A stretch of DNA of 64,000 nucleotides, from NCBI GenBank assembly GCA_963781885.1, contig CAWAHW010000002.1, forward strand, positions 192,001 through 256,000, given 5' to 3'. The DNA comes from an uncultured Spirochaetota bacterium. GTDB lineage: Bacteria; Spirochaetota; Spirochaetia; SZUA-6; Fen-1364. A model generated the notes under the pieces. That model saw nothing but the letters and a program-made list of their open reading frames with translations, did no database searches and was not told where the DNA came from. The stretch's first letter is position 1. The number at the start of each line of letters is the position of its first letter. Positions 1 through 8,437 of the stretch are shown in pieces. Both the position numbers and the translations under genes were made by a program.

Positions 1-2
1 CG

Positions 3-1133
3 GGCGTGCGCACACCGTACTCGGGCCGGGGAATCGACCTTGTCATCGTGCGGGAGAACGTGGAGGACCTCTACGCCGGCATCGAGCACATGGAGACCCC
101 CGGCGTGGCCCAGTGCCTGAAGCTGATCTCGCGCAAGGGCTGCGAGAAGATCGTGCGCCTCGCTTTCGAGTTCGCCATCTCGGAGGGCCGAAAGCGCGTC
201 CACTGCGCCACCAAGGCGAACATCATGAAGCTCACCGAGGGCACGCTGAAGCGCACATTTGAATCGGTGGCAAAGGAGTACCCGCAGATCGAGGCGCAGC
301 ATATCATCGTGGACAACTGCGCCCACCAGCTCGTGAAGAAACCCGAGCAGTTCGACGTCATCGTCACGACGAACATGAATGGCGACATCATCAGCGATCT
401 CACCTCCGCCCTCATCGGCGGCCTGGGATTCGCGCCGTCGGCGAACATCGGCAGTGAGGTGGCCATCTTCGAGGCGGTGCATGGCTCGGCGCCCAAGTAC
501 GCCGGCAAGAACGTCATCAACCCCACGGCGGTCATCCTGTCGGCGGCGCTCATGCTGCGCCACATCGACGAGATGGAGGCCGCGGTCGCCGTTGAGAACG
601 CGGTGCTTGCCACGCTGGAGGCGGGCGTGCTGACCCGGGACGTCGTCGGCGACACCGGCGCCGCCTCCACAACGGCCTTTACCGACGCCATCATCGGCAA
701 CATCGGCAACAGGCCGAAAAGCTACGCCGTGCGCCCGTACAAGCCGCTGAAGCTGCCCACCGTGTCCGCTGACCTGGATTTCGTGAAGGTGCGCACGCGT
801 CGGGTCGTCGGCATGGACCTGTTCCTGGAATCGGCCCTGCCCGTGGAAGAGCTAGGCAGAGGCGTCACCGCGCTGCTCGCGGGAAGCCCGGTGGAGCTGA
901 AGATGATTTCCAGCCGCGGCACGAAGGTCTACCCGCCCACGGGCGCCATGACGGACGCGGTGGACCTTTCCTGCTGCCGCATCGTCCTCCGCGACGCAAA
1001 GGGCGACCTCACCGACGCGCAGATCGCCGACGTGATGGCGAGGATCGGCGCGAAGCATCGCTGGATGCACGTGGAGAAGCTCAGCGAGTTCGACGGCGTG
1101 GCCGGCTACACGCGGGCGCAGGGAGAGGACTGA
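3..1133 (+). CDS. icd: Isocitrate dehydrogenase (5' end outside window), type with C-terminal extension
   Basis: IDH/IPMDH motifs IVRENVEDLYAGIE, KANIMKLTEG, NMNGDIISDL, FEAVHGSAPKYAG; C-terminal extension ending GYTRAQGED. Confidence 0.9.
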   Translation, partial: GVRTPYSGRGIDLVIVRENVEDLYAGIEHMETPGVAQCLKLISRKGCEKIVRLAFEFAISEGRKRVHCATKANIMKLTEGTLKRTFESVAKEYPQIEAQHIIVDNCAHQLVKKPEQFDVIVTTNMNGDIISDLTSALIGGLGFAPSANIGSEVAIFEAVHGSAPKYAGKNVINPTAVILSAALMLRHIDEMEAAVAVENAVLATLEAGVLTRDVVGDTGAASTTAFTDAIIGNIGNRPKSYAVRPYKPLKLPTVSADLDFVKVRTRRVVGMDLFLESALPVEELGRGVTALLAGSPVELKMISSRGTKVYPPTGAMTDAVDLSCCRIVLRDAKGDLTDAQIADVMARIGAKHRWMHVEKLSEFDGVAGYTRAQGED

Positions 1134-1139
1134 ACCGCG

Positions 1140-1310
1140 TCAGTCGGACGCTGCGGGCCGGCCGGGAAGCCGGCCCTTGTCCACGAGGGACTTGCGCAGC
1201 AGGAATTCGATCTGGCCGTTCATGCTCCGAAGCTCTTCCCCGGCCCAGGCGGCCAGCGCGTCGTAGACCTCGGGTGAGATGCGCAGCAGGAACGATTTCT
1301 TGTCCGCCAC
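1140..1310 (-). CDS. Small Arc/ribbon-helix-helix DNA-binding protein, 56 aa (not in ORF track)
   Basis: Hand translation: GGAGG SD, then GTG start giving MADKKSFLLRISPEVYDALAAWAGEELRSMNGQIEFLLRKSLVDKGRLPGRPAASD*. Beta strand FLLRI plus RSMNxQI is an RHH signature; 13 bp downstream of the SPFH gene. Confidence 0.85.
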   Translation of the reverse strand: MADKKSFLLRISPEVYDALAAWAGEELRSMNGQIEFLLRKSLVDKGRLPGRPAASD

Positions 1311-1323
1311 CGCGGCCTCCCGT

Positions 1324-2193
1324 CTACTGGTAGAGCGTTCCCGTGTTCACCACCGGCTGCGTATTCTGCTCGCTGCAGAGCACGACGAGAAGGTTGCTCA
1401 CCATGGTGGCCTTGCGCTCCTCGTCCAGCGCGACCACCTTCTTGGCGGCGAGCATCTCCAGGGCGCTTTCCACCATGCTGACGGCCCCTTCCACGATGGT
1501 GTGGCGCGCTGCGACCACCGCGGATGCCTGCTGACGCCGCAGCATCGCCATCGCGATCTCCGGCGCGTAGGCCAGGTGACTCACCCGGGTCTCCACCACC
1601 TCGACGCCGGCCTTGAGCAGCCGGTCCTGTATCTCCGTCCTGAGCTGCGCCGAAACCTCGGCGGTATGGCTGGAAAGGGCGATCTCCTCTTTCTCATGCG
1701 CGTCGTAGGGATATCCGGTGGCCAGATTGCGCAGGGCCGCCTCGCTCTGGACGTGGACGTAATTCTCATAGTCGTCCACCTGGAAGGCCGCTTCCGCGGT
1801 ATCCACGACCCGCCAGACGACGACGGCGGCGATCTCGACCGGGTTGCCCCGCTTGTCGTTGACCTTCAGCTTCGCCGTCTCGAAGTTGCGCACGCGCAGG
1901 CTGATGGGGCGCTTCGTGAACAAAGGGTTTGCCCAGCGCAGGCCCGGTTCCCGCGCCGTGCCCTTGTAGGCGCCGAAGAGCTGGAGGACACGGCCCTGGT
2001 TGGGGCTGACGGTGAAGAGGCCCGCCATCAGGAAAATGTCGATGACGAGCACGATCGGCGACGCGATCTTCAGCGTGAGGCCGTCGACCCGCTCCGCCAT
2101 GATGAGCCCGACGATCGCCGCCGCAAGGATCACGATCAACAGCAAAAGCATCGTGATGCCCGGCGCCGCATTCCGCTTGATTTCCTTGATCAT
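1324..2193 (-). CDS. SPFH (band 7/stomatin/prohibitin) domain membrane protein
   Basis: Two N-terminal TM helices, [39 protein letters not shown]-terminal VVNTGTLYQ; SD AAGGAG. Confidence 0.9.
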   Translation of the reverse strand: MIKEIKRNAAPGITMLLLLIVILAAAIVGLIMAERVDGLTLKIASPIVLVIDIFLMAGLFTVSPNQGRVLQLFGAYKGTAREPGLRWANPLFTKRPISLRVRNFETAKLKVNDKRGNPVEIAAVVVWRVVDTAEAAFQVDDYENYVHVQSEAALRNLATGYPYDAHEKEEIALSSHTAEVSAQLRTEIQDRLLKAGVEVVETRVSHLAYAPEIAMAMLRRQQASAVVAARHTIVEGAVSMVESALEMLAAKKVVALDEERKATMVSNLLVVLCSEQNTQPVVNTGTLYQ

Positions 2194-2215
2194 CTCATTT
2201 CTCCTTGCTATTGAT

Positions 2216-2244
2216 ATGATATCACTTTGATTTCAACCTGTCAA
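2216..2244 (-). promoter_or_regulatory. Sigma70-type promoter of the SPFH-RHH operon with overlapping TGATATCA-like boxes
   Basis: Minus strand TTGACA (2244-2239), 17 bp, TATCAT (2221-2216); boxes TGATATCA 2217-2224 and TGATTTCA 2228-2235. Confidence 0.6.
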
Positions 2245-2287
2245 CAGATATCTGGAAGCACTTTGGCTGACCGGTTACTATGCGGCG

Positions 2288-3643
2288 GTGAGCGCGATAG
2301 TTCTCAAGGACTGCTTCTACATCCAGCCGTCGGCCGATGCGCAGGGAATACGCGGCGCCGATGTCCTGATCCAGGACTCCTCGATTGCCGCGATGGCCCG
2401 CGGTCTCACCGTTCCGCCCGGCGCGCGCGTCATCGATTGCGCGCATCATGTTGTGGTGCCCGGATTCGTGAACACGCACCACCACTTCTTCCAGACACTC
2501 ACGCGCAACCTGCCCGCGGTGCAGAACGCGAAGCTCTTCGACTGGCTGGTCTACCTCTATGAGATCTGGAAGAGGATCGATGGGGAGGCCATCCATACCT
2601 CGTCGCTCCTTGCGATGGGCGAGCTCCTGAAGACCGGCTGCACCTGCTCCACAGATCACCTCTATCTGTATCCGCGGGGCGCGCGCGCCGATTTCGCCGC
2701 GCTGCAGTTCCAGGCCGCCGGGGAGCTGGGCATGCGTTTCGCGCCATCCCGGGGCTCGATGTCTCTCAGCAGGAAGGACGGCGGCCTGCCGCCCGACACG
2801 GTGGTGCAGGACGAGGAGACGATACTTGCCGACAGCGAGCGCGTGATCAAGGCATTCCACGATCCGTCCCCGCGCGCGATGAGGAAGGTCGTGCTCGCGC
2901 CGTGCAGCCCTTTTTCCGTGAGCGAAGACCTCATGCGGCGCACCGCGCGTCTTGCGCGCCAGCACGGGGTGCGGCTGCACACGCATTTGGCGGAAACGGC
3001 GGACGAGGATGCGTACTGCCTTTCCCGCTACGGCGTGCGGCCGGTGGAGCTCATGGAGCGCTCTGAGTTCATCGGCCCCGACGTCTTCTACGCGCACGGC
3101 ATATTCTTCAACGACGCGGAGCTGGACGTGCTGCGGGAGCGCGGCGCGCACATCGCCCACTGCCCGTCGTCCAACATGCGGCTGGGGTCCGGTGTCTGCC
3201 GGGTGCGCGACATGCTGGACCGGGGCATCAATGTCTCACTGGCGGTGGACGGGTCGGCATCCAACGATTCATCCGACTTCCTTGGCGAGATGCGCCACGC
3301 GCTCCTCCTGCAGCGCGTCGTGAAGGGAAGCGGCGCGCTGAACGCACGGGAGGTCCTTTCCATGGCCACCACCGCCGGTGCCGACGCCCTGGGCTTCGGC
3401 GGAATCGGAAAGGTAGAGCCGGGACAGGCAGCGGACCTCGCGGTGTTCGACATCGGCAGGCTTGAATACTGCGGAAGCCTTTCGGATCCGTTTGCCGCTC
3501 TTATTTTCTCGGGTTACAACCATGGTACGGCCTATACCATCTGCAACGGGAAAGTGGTCGTCGACAACGGAAGGCTCACGGGCATCGACGAGGAGAAGCT
3601 CATCAAGGATGCGAACCGCATCGCGGCGCGGCTCGTCGAATAG
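2288..3643 (+). CDS. Amidohydrolase, 8-oxoguanine deaminase-like
   Basis: PGFVNTHHHFFQTLTR, LFDWLVYLY, APCSPFSVS, HTHLAET, HCPSSNMRLGSG, VDGSASND. Confidence 0.8.
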   Translation: MSAIVLKDCFYIQPSADAQGIRGADVLIQDSSIAAMARGLTVPPGARVIDCAHHVVVPGFVNTHHHFFQTLTRNLPAVQNAKLFDWLVYLYEIWKRIDGEAIHTSSLLAMGELLKTGCTCSTDHLYLYPRGARADFAALQFQAAGELGMRFAPSRGSMSLSRKDGGLPPDTVVQDEETILADSERVIKAFHDPSPRAMRKVVLAPCSPFSVSEDLMRRTARLARQHGVRLHTHLAETADEDAYCLSRYGVRPVELMERSEFIGPDVFYAHGIFFNDAELDVLRERGAHIAHCPSSNMRLGSGVCRVRDMLDRGINVSLAVDGSASNDSSDFLGEMRHALLLQRVVKGSGALNAREVLSMATTAGADALGFGGIGKVEPGQAADLAVFDIGRLEYCGSLSDPFAALIFSGYNHGTAYTICNGKVVVDNGRLTGIDEEKLIKDANRIAARLVE

Positions 3644-3667
3644 GACGGCGCGCGTTATCTTCGCTTC

Positions 3668-4144
3668 ATGAGCAGCGACAGACACGAATACAGCGCCCGG
3701 CTCACGTGGGAAGGGAATCTCGGCAAGGGCACCGCGACGTATGCCGGCTATGGCCGCAACTACCGGATCTCGATGCCGGGGAAGGCAGACCTGATGGGAA
3801 GCGCGGACCCGACATTCCGCGGCGCGCCGGACAGGCACAGCCCGGAGGACCTCCTGGTCGCCTCCCTCAGCGCGTGCCACATGCTGAGCTATCTCGCCGT
3901 CTGCGCGTTGAAGGGTGTCAGCGTCGTGGCATACACCGATGACGCCGAAGGCGTCATGACAACGTCGCACGGCGGCGCGACGGGCAGGTTCGAATCAGTG
4001 ACGCTTCATCCCCACGTGGCGATCAGCGGGGCGGACAAGGAGGCGCTCGCCACGGAGCTGCACAAGGAGGCGCACGAGGGCTGCTTCATCGCCAACTCGT
4101 GCAACTTCCCCGTCACCGTGGAGCCTGTCCTGACGAGCGGGTAG
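3668..4144 (+). CDS. OsmC family protein
   Basis: GSADPTFRG, PEDLLVASLSACHMLSYL, AHEGCFIANS (two conserved Cys). Confidence 0.9.
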   Translation: MSSDRHEYSARLTWEGNLGKGTATYAGYGRNYRISMPGKADLMGSADPTFRGAPDRHSPEDLLVASLSACHMLSYLAVCALKGVSVVAYTDDAEGVMTTSHGGATGRFESVTLHPHVAISGADKEALATELHKEAHEGCFIANSCNFPVTVEPVLTSG

Positions 4145-4270
4145 TGGGCCGCTTGGGCGCGGACGCCCCGCGCGCGGTGGCGCGGCGCATATATCGCGAG
4201 GAGTCAGAAATTGACTACATCTGTCAATGCGGGCGGTCGACTGCGCGGGGACGCCCCCCCGCGCGCGAAA

Positions 4271-4549
4271 CTATTCCTTGCGGCCGGTCAGCTTGATGAG
4301 GTGAAAGCCGAACTGGGTGGACACTACGTCGCTCAGAGAACCGTTTGAAAGCTTCTTGCAGGCTTCCTCGAAGGGCGCCACCATTTTCCCGGGACCGAAC
4401 CAGCCCAGATCCCCGCCGCGCGACTTCGACGGGCAGGTCGAATGCTCCCGGGCCATCGCCTCGAAGTTCGCACCCAGCTTGATCTTCTTCAGAAGCTCAT
4501 TCGCCAGACCCTTGTCCTTGACCAGTATGTGGCTCGCGCGCCATTCCAT
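4271..4549 (-). CDS. ppiC: Parvulin-type peptidyl-prolyl cis-trans isomerase
   Basis: ASHILVK, HSTCPS, GGDLGWF, MVAPFE, TQFGFHLI; 92 aa. Confidence 0.9.
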   Translation of the reverse strand: MEWRASHILVKDKGLANELLKKIKLGANFEAMAREHSTCPSKSRGGDLGWFGPGKMVAPFEEACKKLSNGSLSDVVSTQFGFHLIKLTGRKE

Positions 4550-4611
4550 GTGGATTCCTCCGTGTACGGTATCAGGGAATGATACAGGATTTCACCGCCG
4601 GCGGAAAGGGC

Positions 4612-5091
4612 TCAGTCGCGCGCGGGCTTCATGAGCAGCATGACCTGCCCCGGATCGCGGAACCCGAGCTTCCGATAGGCGTCCCGCGCCCGCCTGTCCT
4701 TCGCATCCACGGTAACTTGGATCGCCCGGACCTCGGCCGGCGCCACCTTCGCGATGAGCTGGAGGAAGTCCGCCGCAAGGTCGGGGTCGGAAAGGGGGTC
4801 GACGTACAGCTCGTCGACCGAAAGCACGATGCCGCCCAGCCGATTGCTCCACGTCGTGACGAGAATGCAGTAGCCGACCAGCGCCTGCTCGCGCTCGAAG
4901 ACGAAAAGCGTCCCCCGGTCCTTGTTGCGCTGCAGCTCGCGGAACGTGGCGAGTATGCGCTCCTGCGGCGTGGGAAGCGACTGGGGGCCTTTTGCATGGC
5001 ATCGGGTCACCAGGGCGAGAAATGCGGCGATGTCGGTCTGCTGCAGCATGCGGTAGGTCGCCCGGGTGCTCACGAGTGTGTAGTCGAGCAT
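4612..5091 (-). CDS. GNAT family N-acetyltransferase
   Basis: VDELYV and AYRKLGF motifs; SD AAGGAG upstream. Confidence 0.7.
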   Translation of the reverse strand: MLDYTLVSTRATYRMLQQTDIAAFLALVTRCHAKGPQSLPTPQERILATFRELQRNKDRGTLFVFEREQALVGYCILVTTWSNRLGGIVLSVDELYVDPLSDPDLAADFLQLIAKVAPAEVRAIQVTVDAKDRRARDAYRKLGFRDPGQVMLLMKPARD

Positions 5092-5176
5092 GGCTCCTTC
5101 TACCCGCTGCCGCGGGGATTGTCAAACCGGAAGAGTCCTGTCATACAAGGCCACAGGGCCCCTCCGCGTTCGTCGC

Positions 5177-6754
5177 TCAGCTGCCTGCCGAGATTCCCTT
5201 CCGTCTGTCGGCCGACTTTCGAAGCGGCACCTCCTTCAAGAGAAAGACGGTTGCCAGGGCGACGAGGCAGATGACCAGGCAGATGATGAAGACGTGATGG
5301 ATGGCTTGGGAAAGCGCGCGGCGGGCGGCATCGAGCGCCCGCTGAAAGGTGGGCAGGAGATTGCCCGGCACGCGCCCTTCGCCGCCGTGAGCGCGGCAGG
5401 GTTTGAAAGGGCCTCGGGACTTTTCAAGGTCGCCGCCAGGGACGGGGGCAGGTCGCCAGTATCGAGATTCTGCAGCCTCGCAACGAGGAAGCTCCCGAAC
5501 AGCGTTCCCATCACCGATGAGGCGATCGTCTGCCCCATTCTCCCGAAGAACTGAATGGTCGACGTGACGACCCCTATCTGGCCTTCGCGGGACGTGTTCT
5601 GTGCCGTCACGTTGAAGATCGCCATTCCCGCGCCGATGCCTAGGCCCATGAGCACCATCGCGACCGCGACCGCGGCCGTTCCCGTGCGCGGGCCCAGGAG
5701 TGAAAGAATGAATACTCCCGCGGCCAGGAAGATGAAGCCGCCAATCGCGAGCAACTTGTACCGGCCGGTCCTTGATACGATGAAGCCGCTGATCGTCACC
5801 CCGGCGATCAGGGTGACCGTCATGGGCGTGATGATGGCCCCGGATCCGCTCGCGCTCGCGCCTTTGACGCCCTGCATGAAAAGCGGGATGAAGATGATGG
5901 CGGCAATGAGGACGCCGTTGAAGAGGAACATCTCCAGCGCGGAGAAGCTGAAGACCGAATCCCTGAACAGCGAAAGAGGGATGAGGGGACTGCGCACCCT
6001 TGTTTCCACGATCCCGAAGACGACGAGCATCACGGCGGCAAGGCCGAGCATTGCCACGACGGGCGCCGAGCTCCACGCGTATGTCGCTCCTCCCCACGAC
6101 AACGCCAGAAACAGCGGCACCAGGGCGGCGATCAGCGCGCCCGTTCCCGCGACGTCCAGCCTTTCGCGCTTTCGCTGGGCTCCATGGGAAGGAAAGGCCG
6201 TCGCAATGACCGCCAGGGTCGCCAAACCGACTGGCAGATTGATGAAGAAGACCAGGCGCCAGCTCGCATGATCGGCGATCAGCCCGCCTATCATCGGTCC
6301 GATGAGGCTGGCGAACCCCGATGCCGCTGAGACGATGCTCCCGTACTTGGCTCTTTCCGCCGGGGCGTAGAGAAGGCCGATGATAACCAGCGCGTTGGAC
6401 ATGAGCACGGCACCTCCCACGCCCTGCAGCCCCCGGAATAGTATGAGCTGCGTCATGCTCGTTGCGCACCCGCACAGCGTGGAGCCGACCAGGAAGACCC
6501 CGATGCCGGCCAGGTAGACGGGTTTGAACCCGAACATGTCCGACAGCCTGCCGACGAGCGGCATTGCCACCGTCATGCAGAGCAGGTACGCGGTAATCGG
6601 CCACGTGTAAAGATCGAAACCCTTGAGACTGGAGACGATCCTCGGCATTGCGGTGCCCACGATATTCAGGTCGAGCGAGGCAAGCAGGATTCCCGCGGTC
6701 ACCCCGGCCAGGAGAAGGATTTTCCTTTTGGGCGACAGAATCTTCTAGCGACAT
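5177..6754 (-). CDS. DHA2 family MFS multidrug efflux transporter (frameshifts near 6743 and 5376)
   Basis: Core [30 protein letters not shown] in frame 5236..6702. The SD+ATG at 6754 and the typical C-terminus (IHHVF...[11 protein letters not shown]) lie in frame 5177..6796. Confidence 0.85.
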   Translation of the reverse strand: MSLEDSVAQKENPSPGRGDRGNPACLARPEYRGHRNAEDRLQSQGFRSLHVADYRVPALHDGGNAARRQAVGHVRVQTRLPGRHRGLPGRLHAVRVRNEHDAAHTIPGAAGRGRCRAHVQRAGYHRPSLRPGGKSQVREHRLSGIGVRQPHRTDDRRADRRSCELAPGLLHQSASRFGDPGGHCDGLSFPWSPAKARKAGRRGNGRADRRPGAAVSGVVVGRSDIRVELGARRGNARPCRRDARRLRDRGNKGAQSPHPSFAVQGFGLQLLRAGDVPLQRRPHCRHHLHPAFHAGRQRRERERIRGHHHAHDGHPDRRGDDQRLHRIKDRPVQVARDWRLHLPGRGSIHSFTPGPAHGNGRGRGRDGAHGPRHRRGNGDLQRDGTEHVPRRPDRGRHVDHSVLRENGADDRLIGDGNAVRELPRCEAAESRYWRPAPVPGGDLEKSRGPFKPCRAHGGEGRVPGNLLPTFQRALDAARRALSQAIHHVFIICLVICLVALATVFLLKEVPLRKSADRRKGISAGS

Positions 6755-6783
6755 ATGACCTCCTAAAGATGTGTTTGAACTAC

Positions 6784-6883
6784 CTAAACCGACCATCCGG
6801 TATATCTATTGCCAGCATCAGCTCACCATTTTTTTCCACCTCCTCCATTACTCGCAGGTTCTAAACCGACCGTCCGGTATATC
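6784..6883. promoter_or_regulatory. Two copies of putative TetR operator upstream of the MFS gene
   Basis: CTAAACCGACC(A/G)TCCGGTATATC at 6784-6806 and 6861-6883, 22/23 identical, quasi-palindromic. Confidence 0.75.
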
Positions 6884-6897
6884 AAATATCATAAAAA

Positions 6898-7495
6898 TTA
6901 GGCTTTGATCGATCCATAGAAACCGTCCCAGATTGCGCGAAGGTCCTCGACCGTCCTGGCTGTTTTTCCGACCACCATGTTGTCCAAGCCGACACCGCTG
7001 TTGGTGTGGATGAACACTGCCGCGATCTGCTCGTCCGTCATGGGGCTGTCGATCTCCGCTCTTTGCCGCGCAAGGCCGATGATTTCCCGCCAGGCCGCGA
7101 GCTCCGCGGACGACGAGGAAATCATCTTCTGCCTGAACTTCCGGAAAGAAGCGTATCGCGTCGAACACGAGGGAGTAGTAGTTTAGGTCGAAGGACGAGA
7201 TGACGTCACCCTCGAGTAGTGATCCGTAGGAATCGCTGAGATGCGACAGGTAGTCCTCGTAGTACGCGCGGAGTGAAATCCGCGTGAAGTTCCTGTAGTC
7301 GATGTTGATAAGCCGGGCATAGATGTTTTCGACGATTTCCAGGAAGATCTGCTCCTTGGTGCCGAAATAGTGATAAAACGCGCCTTTTGACATCTGCGTC
7401 GCCTCGACGATCTCTTTCATCGTCACTTCCTTGAAGCTTTTCTGGAGAAAAAGCACGATCGATCGCTTCAGGATGTGCTCTTTTGTGTCTTTCAT
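6898..7495 (-). CDS. TetR/AcrR transcriptional regulator (frameshift at about 7140)
   Basis: HTH KEIVEATQMSKGAFYHYFGTKEQIF; removing one A (CCG GAAG TTC) joins ...FFPEFRQKMISSS... to ORF 6898..7125. Confidence 0.85.
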
Positions 7496-7507
7496 GTGCC
7501 TTCTCCA

Positions 7508-7557
7508 TAAACCGGACAGTCGGTTTAAATTATATTGCCGGTTTCATGTCATGTCAA
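7508..7557 (-). promoter_or_regulatory. Consensus sigma70 promoter and third TetR operator
   Basis: Minus strand TTGACA (7557-7552), 17 bp, TATAAT (7534-7529), followed at once by TAAACCGACTGTCCGGTTTA (7527-7508). Confidence 0.8.
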
Positions 7558-7651
7558 TATCTTTCTGCGGAAAATGAAATGGGGGAACGGGCTGACGCGT
7601 CAATGACGCTGCACCCTTGCCCTCGCGCGGGCGAGCCCGTAGAATGCCCGT

Positions 7652-8437
7652 ATGATCACCGACATCGTGCGGCCGAAGACAGTCGCCGAGGCGCTGCGCG
7701 CGAAAAGCACGCCGGGGGCGGCCTACCTTGGCGGCGGCACCTGGCTGAACGCGGGACGGGAGCCGGGGCCCGCGGTCCTCATATCGCTTGAGAATCTCGG
7801 GCTGGGCACGGTGGAGGCCGCTGACGGCGGATGCACGATCGGCGCTGCGGTGAGCTTCCAGCAGCTCATCGATGCCGAATCCGTGCCGCGCGCGGTGAAG
7901 GCTGCCGCGGGGCTCACGGCGTCGCGGACACTCCGCAACATGCAGACCGTGGGTGGAGAGCTGGGCCTGTGCCCGGCGGACTCCGCGTTGATACCCGTTC
8001 TTGTCGCCCTGGACGCGACCGTGCTCCTGGCGGGGGCCCGGAAACCTCTGCCAATCGGGGATTTCTGGCTGAACAAGCCGGACGATCTTGTCCTTTCCAT
8101 CACAATCCCGGAGGGAGGCCGCACGGCCGCGGTGCGCGCGGTCTCCCGCACGTCACACAGCCCGCGCTCCCTCGTGGTCGTTGCCGGAGCGCCCGGCAGG
8201 AATGGGGGCGAGGCCTGCATGGTGCTCAGCGATTGCCGGGAGGAATGCGTGGTGATCCGGGAACCCGAGCTGAATCGCTGGCCGCTGCCGCCCCGTGAGA
8301 AGATCGAGGAAATGGTGCGCGCGGCATTCTCGCCGGCGGCAGACATCCATGCCTCGGCGGAATACAAGCGGTTCGTCGCGGGAGTGCTCGCGGCCGACAT
8401 GCTGCACGAGCTGGCAGCCGGGAAGGTGACCCTATGA
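7652..8437 (+). CDS. ygfM: Molybdopterin dehydrogenase FAD-binding subunit (YgfM-like)
   Basis: YLGGGTWLN, RTLRNMQTVGGEL, DIHASAEYKR; overlaps start of the Mo subunit. Confidence 0.7.
   Translation: MITDIVRPKTVAEALRAKSTPGAAYLGGGTWLNAGREPGPAVLISLENLGLGTVEAADGGCTIGAAVSFQQLIDAESVPRAVKAAAGLTASRTLRNMQTVGGELGLCPADSALIPVLVALDATVLLAGARKPLPIGDFWLNKPDDLVLSITIPEGGRTAAVRAVSRTSHSPRSLVVVAGAPGRNGGEACMVLSDCREECVVIREPELNRWPLPPREKIEEMVRAAFSPAADIHASAEYKRFVAGVLAADMLHELAAGKVTL

Noticed and set aside
2211-2225. FNR/CRP box upstream of SPFH
   Set aside because: TTGAT-N5-ATCAC has the wrong spacing; better explained as TGATATCA boxes
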